NCBI GenBank assembly: GCA_024346625.1 | Contig: AP024664.1 | Coordinates: 2,852,001 to 2,916,000, forward strand | From: Williopsis jadinii | Lineage: Eukaryota | Length of the DNA stretch: 64,000 nucleotides | Direction of reading: 5' to 3' | Shown here: piece by piece, positions 45,554 to 55,754 of the stretch | Layout of the letters: each line of letters opens with the position of its first letter | Position numbering within the stretch: the first letter of the stretch is position 1 | Translations under genes and position numbers: made by a program | Notes under the pieces: generated by a model | Seen by the model: only the letters and a program-made list of their open reading frames with translations | What the model was told of the DNA's origin: nothing | Databases searched by the model: none

Positions 45554-47269
45554 ATGATTCCACAGTTGACGCTGAGTAGAACAGAGGTATATGACCTCAA
45601 TAATGCCATGAAATGGGCGCCGAACGGTACGCTGGTACTGAATACTGTTTCTGATTTGACGTTCTTACTGCCAAAGTATACTAAAGAGGATATCAAGACT
45701 GCGGACAAGTTGTTTGAAAGGAAGTCTGTTACGCTGCAAAGCTTACCTGCGAACCCGTTCTTGAGCCAGAGTTTTGATGATGAACGGACATCAACGTTAC
45801 TGACAAGCCAGGATGCCGTCATTGAAATCATGGAATGGTCTCCCATGTTTCAAAACGTATGCTATTTGGCAGTGTTGACCAATGAAGGTAGTGTTCTTGT
45901 CTTTAAAGATGGCGAGATCTTTGCAAACTTGACAACCACAAGGGAATTCACCTCCCAAAAGGACTTCGACCGCTATAGGTTTCACTCTCTGGGTTGGTTA
46001 TCTCACCATGGTAGACTCCTTATAATCCAGGGCACCCATTCTGGTGATTTAAGGATCAGCGATGCCCTTACAGGTGAAGAAGTAGACGTTGTATGTGTTT
46101 GTAATTCACCAATTGTGATGATCAAGACTTGTGAGAGTCAGATATTTGCAGTGTCATCATCAAATGCTATATATATGATCCACGGATCTGAAGTTCAACA
46201 GATTAAAGATTCTTCAAGATACCTTGTGTATGATATGTGTCCACATGAAACATTCATACTATACACAGAACCTTTCAGAATAACAAAACGTGAGTTCATT
46301 AAGAGAATAGCGCCTGTTAGCGTGAAGACTACATTTGCCACACCAACTCGAATAGTCCCTTCAAACAAGGACATTCTTGTTGTGTCCAATTCTGGATCCG
46401 TTAAAATTGATTCATCTTTCAATCTCGTTGAGGATAACATCATCGAACCAGTACTATCCAAGAGACTCAAAGCATGGAACAGGAAATATAATGACTACAA
46501 CACAAAGACTATTACGTTGAATAAGCTTGGATTAGATTTGAATTACAATGGTAACGTCTTAGCTGTTATTTACGAAATGAAGGAGGACAAGGTGTTCAAA
46601 TATAAGATTGCATCTGAGAGATCTTATCCAATTGTGTTCATTCCACTTGGGAACAACTTAGGTGGTGACGGCTCATCTTTGACCAAGTTTCACGAATTCA
46701 AAATCACTGGATTCACAAGTGAGACAACAGCAACAACCACAGATGTTGACTACAGTGTTGATCTACCATCTTTCATAAGAGATTATGTATTTCACGATGG
46801 TGAGATTACAGAGCTGGCATCCCAAAACTTGATATACAACAATAAGAATTCTCAAATAAGGAAACGTTATGCTCGATTATTGGTATCCTACATTGATAAG
46901 AACAAATTGGATATCAAAAACACTATTGACAGAGCAGTTGTGACTAGCTTAAGGTATATGGCACAGCTACCGATTGACGATGAAGTCGATAATGTTGCTA
47001 TCAACTCTGGTGCATTTACCGAAACCTTCGACTTCAAGAAAGAACAGGACAGTGATACTTTGGTTTCCCACTCAGACCACATTTGGCAGCGTTGCTGCCT
47101 CACTTTTCTTCCTATTTTGACACCACATGTGTTATACGATCCGGCAACAGAGAGCAGAGCTATAGATATATCGAGAAACTCCGATAACGAGTATGGGTTC
47201 TTTACAAAGGCTTTACTACAGAATACAGAGATCTGCATGTATAGTGGCTGTGTCTTCATACCTAAATGA
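45554..47269 (+). CDS. TFC8: TFIIIC subunit tau60 (Tfc8)
   Basis: N-terminal beta-propeller and C-terminal HIWQRCCLTFLPILT...CMYSG (zf-TFIIIC-like). Near CHL1 as in S. cerevisiae. Confidence 0.75.
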   Translation: MIPQLTLSRTEVYDLNNAMKWAPNGTLVLNTVSDLTFLLPKYTKEDIKTADKLFERKSVTLQSLPANPFLSQSFDDERTSTLLTSQDAVIEIMEWSPMFQNVCYLAVLTNEGSVLVFKDGEIFANLTTTREFTSQKDFDRYRFHSLGWLSHHGRLLIIQGTHSGDLRISDALTGEEVDVVCVCNSPIVMIKTCESQIFAVSSSNAIYMIHGSEVQQIKDSSRYLVYDMCPHETFILYTEPFRITKREFIKRIAPVSVKTTFATPTRIVPSNKDILVVSNSGSVKIDSSFNLVEDNIIEPVLSKRLKAWNRKYNDYNTKTITLNKLGLDLNYNGNVLAVIYEMKEDKVFKYKIASERSYPIVFIPLGNNLGGDGSSLTKFHEFKITGFTSETTATTTDVDYSVDLPSFIRDYVFHDGEITELASQNLIYNNKNSQIRKRYARLLVSYIDKNKLDIKNTIDRAVVTSLRYMAQLPIDDEVDNVAINSGAFTETFDFKKEQDSDTLVSHSDHIWQRCCLTFLPILTPHVLYDPATESRAIDISRNSDNEYGFFTKALLQNTEICMYSGCVFIPK

Positions 47270-47280
47270 AATTGCCTATC

Positions 47281-47958
47281 TTAAACAATTTCATGAGGTG
47301 GGATCTTTGGCCTTAGGAGACGTTTACCACCTGTCAAGAATACCAACAAAAACGTGGACACCAAGATCTCCATATTGATTGACTCATAGTTGAATAAGAT
47401 CCTGTACTTGTCTCCCACTCTCTTTGAGACCCATGCTACCCTTCTATGAATATCGTCAACTTGGAAATGTCCTATTGGTGCAGACACCACCTCAAAATGG
47501 TTCAATCCACACCAAATCAATTCAACATTTGAGCCGAAACAGAAATGCCATTGGTCACGATTATCTCGGAAGCCCAAGAAACCACCGTCAAGCTTGATGA
47601 CAGATGGTGATGTGGTACTCACAGATCCCGATATTGCATCCTGTTGAATCTGGTTCATCACAACGTACTTGTTGAACCATTCATTAACAACGGTTGCCAA
47701 CAAAACCTTGTTGGGACCTTGGATATGCCATCTATCACCAGACCTCTGTATCTTGTACAACTTCTTCCCGTTGCTTGTTGTGACTTGCATTGTATTATAA
47801 GATCCTGTATCGAAAATGATCTCGTTCACAGAGCCTTGCAATGGAACCGTCTGTTCAACCCGTGTATCTCTGTAAAAGTTGTACTCTACGATCTTGGTGT
47901 GCGCAAGCATCGCACTGACACTTGCTGCCATCAGAAACAAACTCAACAGTAATGCCAT
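47281..47958 (-). CDS. Hypothetical protein (about 225 aa), beta-rich, with a hydrophobic N-terminus
   Basis: ORF with first ATG at 47958 that fills the TFC8-CHL1 gap. Beta strands plus a terminal hydrophobic helix resemble a Tubby C/LURP-like fold (inference). Confidence 0.65.
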   Translation of the reverse strand: MALLLSLFLMAASVSAMLAHTKIVEYNFYRDTRVEQTVPLQGSVNEIIFDTGSYNTMQVTTSNGKKLYKIQRSGDRWHIQGPNKVLLATVVNEWFNKYVVMNQIQQDAISGSVSTTSPSVIKLDGGFLGFRDNRDQWHFCFGSNVELIWCGLNHFEVVSAPIGHFQVDDIHRRVAWVSKRVGDKYRILFNYESINMEILVSTFLLVFLTGGKRLLRPKIPPHEIV

Positions 47959-48095
47959 GATGTGTTTTATCCACACCACTTCTACACATTGAGAGCGTAC
48001 AGTGACAACCTATGAAGCCACAATGCTTTAACGTCATAAGAAGAGTAACATGACACAAAACCTCTGAAAACACCGGAAAACGGAACATTCCAGAA

Positions 48096-48117
48096 ACGCG
48101 TAGATTATGTGACGCGT
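48096..48117. promoter_or_regulatory. Two MCB (MluI) elements upstream of CHL1
   Basis: ACGCGT at 48096-48101 and 48112-48117, within 100 bp of the ATG. Confidence 0.7.
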
Positions 48118-48193
48118 CGTGTCCGACGGGGACATTTGTTGCATTTATTACCTCATCTCATCGAGCTTTCAGCTTGTTCGGATAGATGATCTC

Positions 48194-50617
48194 ATGAGTA
48201 TGACATCAACGAGCGAGCAGAGGTCCAAGTTTTATCATCCGTACTCGCCGTATAAGATCCAACTGGATTTTATGGAATCATTGTACGATGTCTTGGAAAA
48301 TGGTTACAAGATTGGTATCTTTGAGAGCCCCACTGGTACAGGGAAGACATTATCTCTCATCTGCGCTACAATGACATGGCTTCGTGAGCAGAAGGCCAAA
48401 GGTGATGATAGTGTTGTGGATGATGATAGCGATGACGATCCTGACTGGGTCAAGGAGTCGTTCTTTAAAATGACAAATACCAAGAGACACGATGCTGGAG
48501 TTGCGTACGAGAAGCACTTGGATGAGTTGCACAAATCGTCAAGACCAAAGGTTTTGAAGGAACACACATTCCCCAAGAGAAAGAAACTGAAGTCTGTCAC
48601 AGTCGAATTGGATAAGGAGCAGGATGATCAATTCTTGCTTGATGATTACCACTCAGATGATGAGTCTTCAGCTGTTACTCAACTGGATCGAAATTCCGAG
48701 CTTGCTCTAGAGATCAAAAGCCTGATGAAGAAGATAAACGGGGTGAAAAGAGACGATGGTGATTTGCTGGATCAAGCCACCAAGATTATCTTCTCTTCCA
48801 GAACGCATTCACAGTTGAACCAATTCTCATCTCAATTATCATTACCCAAATTCCCCTCCACATACCCTGATCATTCCGAACGCCTAAAGTATTTGCCCTT
48901 GGGTTCAAGGAAGCAGTTGTGCATTAACGATGAAGTTTCCAAGATAAAGGATATTACACTGCTTAATGAAACATGTTTAGAGCTTCATAAACCTGATGCT
49001 ACGAAAAAATGTCCGTTTTATCCATCCTCAAAGAATGAGGACCTTCAAGAGCTGTCCTTTGAATTCAGAGATTCCCTGTTTGCAGAGGTACACGACATTG
49101 AAGACTTACCTCAGATCGGGGAGAAACTTCACATATGCCCCTACTATTCTGTCAGAAAGGGTATTGGCTATTCAGAGGTGATGACGTTACCGTATCAATT
49201 GTTACTGTCGAAGAACTCAAGAGATGCGTTGGGCATATCTGTTAAAGGTGCCATAGTGGTAATTGACGAAGCACATAATCTACTAGATACCATCACATCC
49301 ATGAATTCTGTTTCCGTTATGGTGCAAGAGTTTGAGTTGTGTGTTGAGTCTTTGAAGAAGTACCTTTCAAGGTTCACGAGACGTCTGAATGGTGGTAACA
49401 GAATCAATCTGATGAAGCTGATTAAAATTATGAATCTCATACTGAAATCGGTGAACTCTACAGAGAAGATAACCCCTGGTAAACCGATAGTCGTTACAGA
49501 TATGCTGCAAGGCACTACTGGTGATCTGTTGAATATTCACAAATTGGATAAGTATTTCACCGTTTCAAAGCTCCCTTACAAGCTTGAATCGTATATGAGC
49601 AAAGAAGATAGACACAGAACACCGATACTATTCAAAATCGTGGAGTTCTTGAAAGCTATGTCGAATCCATCTAGGGAAGGGAAATTCTTCTATGACGTAA
49701 AGGCGAATGGTGTTTCGTTGAACTACATGCTATTAGATCCATCCGATGCGTTCAAAGACATTGTCCTGGAAAGCAAATGTGTTATCCTTGCGGGTGGTAC
49801 TATGGAGCCCACAGAAGATTACTATAACTACTTGTTCCCCTATATTGATACGCAACGAATTAAGAAGTTCACTTGTGGTCATATCATCCCAAAGGAGAAT
49901 CTTGAAGTTTTCCTTGTTGAAGGCAGCGAAGGCTATGACTTCGAGTTCTCCTTTGAGAAGAGAAATGATACCAAAATGATAGTAGAACTTGGAAAGTCCA
50001 TTCTTGGATTAATTGAAAAGATCCCCGCAGGCGTTGTCGTATTTCTACCAAGTTATAAGTATCTGTCTCAAGTGCTCGAAATTTGGAAGAAATCGGGCAT
50101 TTACGACTCAATTGACAACTTGAAGAAGGTTTACACCGAATCATCCTCCTCCAACGTGCTTGATGATTATTCAACCACAGTCTCCTCCGGCAAAGGTGCA
50201 CTTCTCTTATCTGTTGTTGGAGGCCGTCTATCTGAAGGAATCAACTTCTCCGACAACCTGGCCAGAGCAGTAATGTTGATTGGCCTTCCTTACCCCAATG
50301 CTTTTTCCGGTGAGATCATATCCAAGAGGAAGTTCATTGAAGACCAGGTTATGGAGCGGACCAACGACAAGAGACAGGCCATGGAAGCTACAAGAGACTT
50401 CTACGAGAACATATGTATGAGGGCTGTTAACCAGTCTGTTGGCCGTTCGATAAGACACAGGCATGACTACGCAACAATATACCTGTTCGATAAACGCTAC
50501 CTGAAAACCAGCATTCAGAGCAAGCTCAGTGACTGGATCAAGCAGAGAGTGTCACATGGGATGAGCCTCAAGGAGATCATTAAAGCTACTGATAGCTTCT
50601 TCCGTAATAAGAAGTGA
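48194..50617 (+). CDS. CHL1: Fe-S DNA helicase Chl1/DDX11
   Basis: FYHPYSPYKIQ, ESPTGTGKT, SRTHSQL, DEAHNL and RAVNQSVGRSIRH. ATG at 48194. Confidence 0.96.
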   Translation: MSMTSTSEQRSKFYHPYSPYKIQLDFMESLYDVLENGYKIGIFESPTGTGKTLSLICATMTWLREQKAKGDDSVVDDDSDDDPDWVKESFFKMTNTKRHDAGVAYEKHLDELHKSSRPKVLKEHTFPKRKKLKSVTVELDKEQDDQFLLDDYHSDDESSAVTQLDRNSELALEIKSLMKKINGVKRDDGDLLDQATKIIFSSRTHSQLNQFSSQLSLPKFPSTYPDHSERLKYLPLGSRKQLCINDEVSKIKDITLLNETCLELHKPDATKKCPFYPSSKNEDLQELSFEFRDSLFAEVHDIEDLPQIGEKLHICPYYSVRKGIGYSEVMTLPYQLLLSKNSRDALGISVKGAIVVIDEAHNLLDTITSMNSVSVMVQEFELCVESLKKYLSRFTRRLNGGNRINLMKLIKIMNLILKSVNSTEKITPGKPIVVTDMLQGTTGDLLNIHKLDKYFTVSKLPYKLESYMSKEDRHRTPILFKIVEFLKAMSNPSREGKFFYDVKANGVSLNYMLLDPSDAFKDIVLESKCVILAGGTMEPTEDYYNYLFPYIDTQRIKKFTCGHIIPKENLEVFLVEGSEGYDFEFSFEKRNDTKMIVELGKSILGLIEKIPAGVVVFLPSYKYLSQVLEIWKKSGIYDSIDNLKKVYTESSSSNVLDDYSTTVSSGKGALLLSVVGGRLSEGINFSDNLARAVMLIGLPYPNAFSGEIISKRKFIEDQVMERTNDKRQAMEATRDFYENICMRAVNQSVGRSIRHRHDYATIYLFDKRYLKTSIQSKLSDWIKQRVSHGMSLKEIIKATDSFFRNKK

Positions 50618-50784
50618 AATACATAGCAACAAAGGTTACCCTGTCCTGTAGAGAAATGGTTCGCGAACTCGTTTTTTTGTTTTTGTTTTTCTCTGTTTAC
50701 TTCAAAAATTTTGAAGTTTCCTGAACGCTCTTTGTTGTTTACAAACAAGAACAGCAATAACAACAAAGGATAGCGACTACAGCA

Positions 50785-53301
50785 ATGAGCAAAGAAACCA
50801 CTGGCAGCACCGCTGTTGTGCCACTGACCAACGGGAAGAGATTGCTCAATGAACTGTTAGAATCTGCGAGTGCACTTCCAGCGAGGGACTCTGATCTCGG
50901 TGACATTCAACTTGGAATCAATGAGATCAGGAATAGGGCCAACAAGTTGCGTAAGTCGACCAAGGAGCTTGAGTCTGATGGCTTGACACAGGCCCACTAT
51001 TTGCTCGCTGGGAGGGTCTCTATTGAAGAGATTGAGTCCAATATCAAGTATCTTGAACGTGCCAAGGTTCTCGAGACGAGAGGAAAGGCTCAAACACACA
51101 AGGGAGATCTAGACAGTTACCTCAGATCGAAGAAGGACGAAAACATCCTCTCCGCTATTGAACAGGCACTAGGAACAGCTGCAAGAGACTTTGATACGTT
51201 TGTCAACCAAAACATCACCCTAGACTGGAAACAACGTAGGGAAGAGGTGTTTGCTAGTGTACTGAAGAGATCTCTTTCGCACACCGACGACCAGACAAAG
51301 TCCAAGGCAAAGAAGCCGATCAGTTGGGGTAAATCCTTCAAGCTACTTGATGATAGTACCTCCAAGCTGAATGTTAATGAGAACTATTTGATAAGAGGTA
51401 AATTCGAACGTTATGCTAAGATCATCAACAGATTGAACAACCATAGACAATCTCTGAAGTTGAGCACCACTGTGGAGGACGATTTCGATCTCGCAAAGGA
51501 GTTTGTTGAGATCTTTAAAAATGGATCAGATAACAAATCAAGACAATTATTCGAGAGCTGGCAGATAATTGGTGGTTTGAGAGATGCCACTTCAAGACCA
51601 AGTGACCCACAAACATTCAGAAGCAGAATTGTCTCAAAGGCAAAGACACATCTTCAGCTGCAATTCTTTGAATTCGTCAACAATATTTATAACACTAAAG
51701 TTGTTGAAAAGGGTCTCCCAACTATTGTCAACAAGATCAAGAGCTTTATCGAGTACCAGAAATTGAACTCAAATGGAAACCTTCTAATTGTGAATGGGAT
51801 ACCAATCTGGGCTTTGATCTTCTATTTGCTTAGAGCGGGATGTGAAAAGGAGGCACTTGACCTTGTCTTGGAGAATCAAAACATTTTCAAGAAAGTGGAA
51901 CAATCATTTGTTCCGTACTTCAAAGCATATGTTAATTCACAAGACAAGAGATTACCACAGGATTTGATTACAAAAATCCAGAATGAATTCAACAACCACA
52001 TCAAAAAGTCCGTTGATGGTGATCCATATCGCTATGCTGTCTATAAGATATTGGGAAGATGTCAATTATCAAGAAGAAACATTTCCAATATTGCCCTTAC
52101 AGTTGAAGACTGGCTTTGGATGCATTTCATGCTCGTTCAAGATGGACCACAATCTGATTTTGATCCCGCACACGAGAAATATACACTTGTTGATTTCCAA
52201 CAGATGATTTTGTCGTATGGACCAACAAAATTCACCAACAACTATCTCCAAGTATTGTTACTTTCTGGATTGTACGATGATGCATCAAGATACAGCACCG
52301 AACTTAATGAAATGGATGGTGTTCACTTAAGTATTGGAATGGCATACTATCAATTGATGCAAAGCTCTGCAAATGATAAAGCTCAGTTGAAAGAAAGAGG
52401 TGACAAATTCAGCAAGTTATTAGGTACTTATATCAAGAGTTTCAAGTTTTCTGATCCGAGAATTGCAGTTGAATATTTAGTCTTGATATGTCTATTCGAC
52501 AACGAAGCATCCACGTGCCATGATGCTTTGAAAGAGTTGATTTTGGAAACCAGGGAATTCTCTATCCTCTTGGGTAAGGTTAACTCTGCTGGTGTCAGAG
52601 TTCCAGGTAAGATTGAACAAAGAAAGTCGTTGATTAACCTTGATAAAGACTTTTTGCATAAAGTTACTGAACAGGCTGCCATTACAGCAGATAAGGAAGG
52701 AAGAGTGTACGATGGTTTACTTCTTTATCAATTGGCCGAAGAGTATCAAATTGTCATTTCAATCATAAACAGATTACTCGGCGAGTATTTAAGTAATACC
52801 GAGTTGGATCAACCACTTGTTGAGGACGGGAACACCGAGACCAATCCAGTTCTTATTGCCCAGAATTTCCTAGCGGTTTATCAAAACGTCTCTGTTGAAA
52901 AGCAAGTGATCTGTAAGAAGTTGCTGAAGATTGCAGAGATTAGACAACTGTACTTAGAGAAGGATTGGGATGAAACTTTGAGAAGAATAGAGGAACTGGA
53001 TATCCTTCCAGTCAGTGCCAACTCAAACTTGGCGGATACAAGATTGAAGGCAGAGGAGTTGTCGTATTTGGATGAATCACTTTTGAAAAACATTCCTAAT
53101 TTATTGCTGATTGCAATGTCTTGTGTTTCTCAGAGAAAGGAACAGATCAATGCCAGTGCATTCAATGGTCTTATCAAGGAGGAGAAAACCAGAGAACTAA
53201 AGTTTATTGCAAAGAACTGTGTTGTATTTGCCGGTATGGTACAATACAAGATGCCTCGTGAGACATTCAGCTTGTTAATAAACCTCGAGGCCACTTTATA
53301 G
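50785..53301 (+). CDS. NIC96: Nucleoporin Nic96
   Basis: AHYLLAG, NGIPIWALIFYLLRAGC, DPYRYAVYKILGRC and AGMVQYKMPRET. Confidence 0.96.
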   Translation: MSKETTGSTAVVPLTNGKRLLNELLESASALPARDSDLGDIQLGINEIRNRANKLRKSTKELESDGLTQAHYLLAGRVSIEEIESNIKYLERAKVLETRGKAQTHKGDLDSYLRSKKDENILSAIEQALGTAARDFDTFVNQNITLDWKQRREEVFASVLKRSLSHTDDQTKSKAKKPISWGKSFKLLDDSTSKLNVNENYLIRGKFERYAKIINRLNNHRQSLKLSTTVEDDFDLAKEFVEIFKNGSDNKSRQLFESWQIIGGLRDATSRPSDPQTFRSRIVSKAKTHLQLQFFEFVNNIYNTKVVEKGLPTIVNKIKSFIEYQKLNSNGNLLIVNGIPIWALIFYLLRAGCEKEALDLVLENQNIFKKVEQSFVPYFKAYVNSQDKRLPQDLITKIQNEFNNHIKKSVDGDPYRYAVYKILGRCQLSRRNISNIALTVEDWLWMHFMLVQDGPQSDFDPAHEKYTLVDFQQMILSYGPTKFTNNYLQVLLLSGLYDDASRYSTELNEMDGVHLSIGMAYYQLMQSSANDKAQLKERGDKFSKLLGTYIKSFKFSDPRIAVEYLVLICLFDNEASTCHDALKELILETREFSILLGKVNSAGVRVPGKIEQRKSLINLDKDFLHKVTEQAAITADKEGRVYDGLLLYQLAEEYQIVISIINRLLGEYLSNTELDQPLVEDGNTETNPVLIAQNFLAVYQNVSVEKQVICKKLLKIAEIRQLYLEKDWDETLRRIEELDILPVSANSNLADTRLKAEELSYLDESLLKNIPNLLLIAMSCVSQRKEQINASAFNGLIKEEKTRELKFIAKNCVVFAGMVQYKMPRETFSLLINLEATL

Positions 53302-53383
53302 GCTCTACAAACATACATTTGCTTCGTTTAATTTTGGTTTCCAAATACATAAAGATTGAACAGACCAATGTGCCTGTGTAGGT

Positions 53384-53863
53384 TCAATGTGAATGCGAAT
53401 GGCCTTGATGGCCACCATCATCTTGGTTATTGTGGGAATGCTTATGCTTTGAGTAGTCAGGTTGATACTCATACGAGTTTGGACTTGGCAGTTTCTTCAT
53501 TTTCTTCTTGCTGGATTTCTTCTTCTTCCTCTTCTTCTCCGCATCATTGCCCCTTGGATCGTTCTCATCGTCTTCATCGCTGGAAGATGAGGAAGACGAC
53601 GACGACGACGACGAAGAGGAGCCGTTATCAGAATCGCACTCGCATTCCTCATCGAAGTTCGTCTGCGGATGGAAGATGCAACAGATCTTGGACTTCTTCT
53701 TGTTCATGAACTCGTTATCTACTGTTCCCTCTTCCCACCGCACACGAGGTCTTTGCTGCTGAGGTTCAACCTCTTCTGGTTCCTCCGAAGTAGCACGTAG
53801 TACAAGAACCTCCGGTGTTCTTTCAATCACTTCTGTCCGTGACCTTGATTCCTCGTTCGCCAT
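53384..53863 (-). CDS. YPI1: PP1 regulator Ypi1 (inhibitor-3)
   Basis: [26 protein letters not shown] and [10 protein letters not shown]. Convergent with NIC96 as in S. cerevisiae. Confidence 0.95.
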   Translation of the reverse strand: MANEESRSRTEVIERTPEVLVLRATSEEPEEVEPQQQRPRVRWEEGTVDNEFMNKKKSKICCIFHPQTNFDEECECDSDNGSSSSSSSSSSSSSSDEDDENDPRGNDAEKKRKKKKSSKKKMKKLPSPNSYEYQPDYSKHKHSHNNQDDGGHQGHSHSH

Positions 53864-54241
53864 CTCTTACTTTTAGGCTGAAATAACCTTCGTGTTGACA
53901 ACGTAAATGCTTTCTTGTCTATATCGCTGTGGACGAAGAAGCTTCCTCTGTGTGTGTGCTTGGTTGTGTGCGCTTGTATTTTTTCTCCCCTTGTAACGTT
54001 ACCATCGCAACCAGTTACCACAGCAACCGAGTCACCACAGCAAAGTATTACCACAAAGAGGACACAAAGTCAACGTCAACTGCACGTTCGGAACGCTTCC
54101 CCGGTTATAACGTCACATTGGTGTTTGGGTGTATAACATTTGTCCAATGCTCTTCGAGACACAATTCAGGTCCACCTTTTCCCACTCAACTGGTGCTTAT
54201 TGAATCTTGTTCAGGCCTGGTCAAGTCGTTGCAATTTGGTG

Positions 54242-55501
54242 ATGAGGATGTGGTCGATCCAGTCACGTGGGTTCTCCACCAGCACCGTTGCCCTGGGGAA
54301 GACTCTTGTGGAGAAAGTGAGAGCACAACCTCCGTCTCGAAATGACATGTCGTTGAAAGAGTGTACACAACTGTTTTGGGAATGGTTGACGAACTCGCCG
54401 ACAAAGATGCTGAAGCACTATGAGGAAGCCATCTTGGCCGATGTTAAGCTCCCCGAGGGGGTGACCATGACGAAGTCCAAAGTGGCTGGATTACATCAGA
54501 TCAAATTGACAAATCAACGGGCAAAGATCTCTACTCCAACGTTGCTTGTCCACGGCCATGGTGCGACTGGAATGTTCTTCCATAGAGATTTCCCTGATTT
54601 GTCTGCCAATTTCAAGGAACTATACACTGTGGACCATCCTGATTGTGGATTGAGTGATATAAAGAAGTTTAAAGTGCGTATGCCTAAGGCCAAGGTTACT
54701 CTGAAGAAGTTGGATAATGACAAGCGTGAGTTCACCATTGAACAGGACGTTGAGAAGAACAGGGAAAGTGTTGTTAAAGTGGAAAATTTCTACCTGGATG
54801 CATTTGAGAAATGGAGACAGGAGAATCGACTGGATAGGCTCAACATCGTGGCACACTCCTTCGGTGCGTACTTGTCCTTCAAGTACTGCTTGAAATATCC
54901 TCACCGTGTTAACAAACTGGTTCTGTGCTCACCAGCAGGTGTTGAACGGTCCATCTTCTCTTTGAACAACAAGCAGAACCATGGCATAGTTTCACAGGAC
55001 CCCTCTTCTCCTTCCTACTTCCGGTTCGCCTACTTGCCCTGGCTCATCACCACATTTGGATTCAATTTAGCAAAAATCTTTGGTCCATTTGCAGTGCAAA
55101 TTTTAACAAAATACCTGAGTCTTCGATACTCAAGAGGGTCTGATAATGATAATCAGATCAAACTACTTTTGAGATATACTGTGCATCTGTGGTATCAAAA
55201 TAACCAATCCTTCCGCAATTTGCTTGTGATAATCAACAACCAAATATTGTCACTGGATCCAATATTGGACAACATCAAGCAGTTGAAAGTCCCAACATAT
55301 ATAATGTACGGCCAATACGACTGGATGAACTCTCAAGCAGGATATGCTGCGTTTGAAGAATTGGAAGGAGTCGAGGCGAAATACAAGATCATCCCACAAG
55401 CTGGTCATAACGTCTTTTTAGATAACTCAGATGTGTTTGATAGTGAGGTTATACACTTCCTATCAGATGAGACAACTATCAACGGCGAAAACAGAATTTG
55501 A
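54242..55501 (+). CDS. Alpha/beta-hydrolase of the Ict1/Ecm18/Cld1 (ABHD4/5) family, probably mitochondrial
   Basis: LLVHGHGA, AHSFGAY nucleophile elbow, YGQYDWM and HNVFLD (HX4D). Presequence-like N-terminus from ATG 54242. Confidence 0.85.
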   Translation: MRMWSIQSRGFSTSTVALGKTLVEKVRAQPPSRNDMSLKECTQLFWEWLTNSPTKMLKHYEEAILADVKLPEGVTMTKSKVAGLHQIKLTNQRAKISTPTLLVHGHGATGMFFHRDFPDLSANFKELYTVDHPDCGLSDIKKFKVRMPKAKVTLKKLDNDKREFTIEQDVEKNRESVVKVENFYLDAFEKWRQENRLDRLNIVAHSFGAYLSFKYCLKYPHRVNKLVLCSPAGVERSIFSLNNKQNHGIVSQDPSSPSYFRFAYLPWLITTFGFNLAKIFGPFAVQILTKYLSLRYSRGSDNDNQIKLLLRYTVHLWYQNNQSFRNLLVIINNQILSLDPILDNIKQLKVPTYIMYGQYDWMNSQAGYAAFEELEGVEAKYKIIPQAGHNVFLDNSDVFDSEVIHFLSDETTINGENRI

Positions 55502-55754
55502 GATGAATCAACCATATATCATGATACAAATGACATTAACGAGATACAAGAAGATATTCACAACCATACTGGAGAACTACATATGTTTTAAAGCTAGAAA
55601 CTAAAATAAAATCTTTATAATATTGGGCTTTTCTGTATAATATACTGTATCAAATGAACAAGGAAAGCAGATAATTTAAAAGTAAATGAAACGGCAATAA
55701 TGGAAATCAAAAAACAATTAATGGAAGAGAAATGAATGCAACACAAGAATGATT

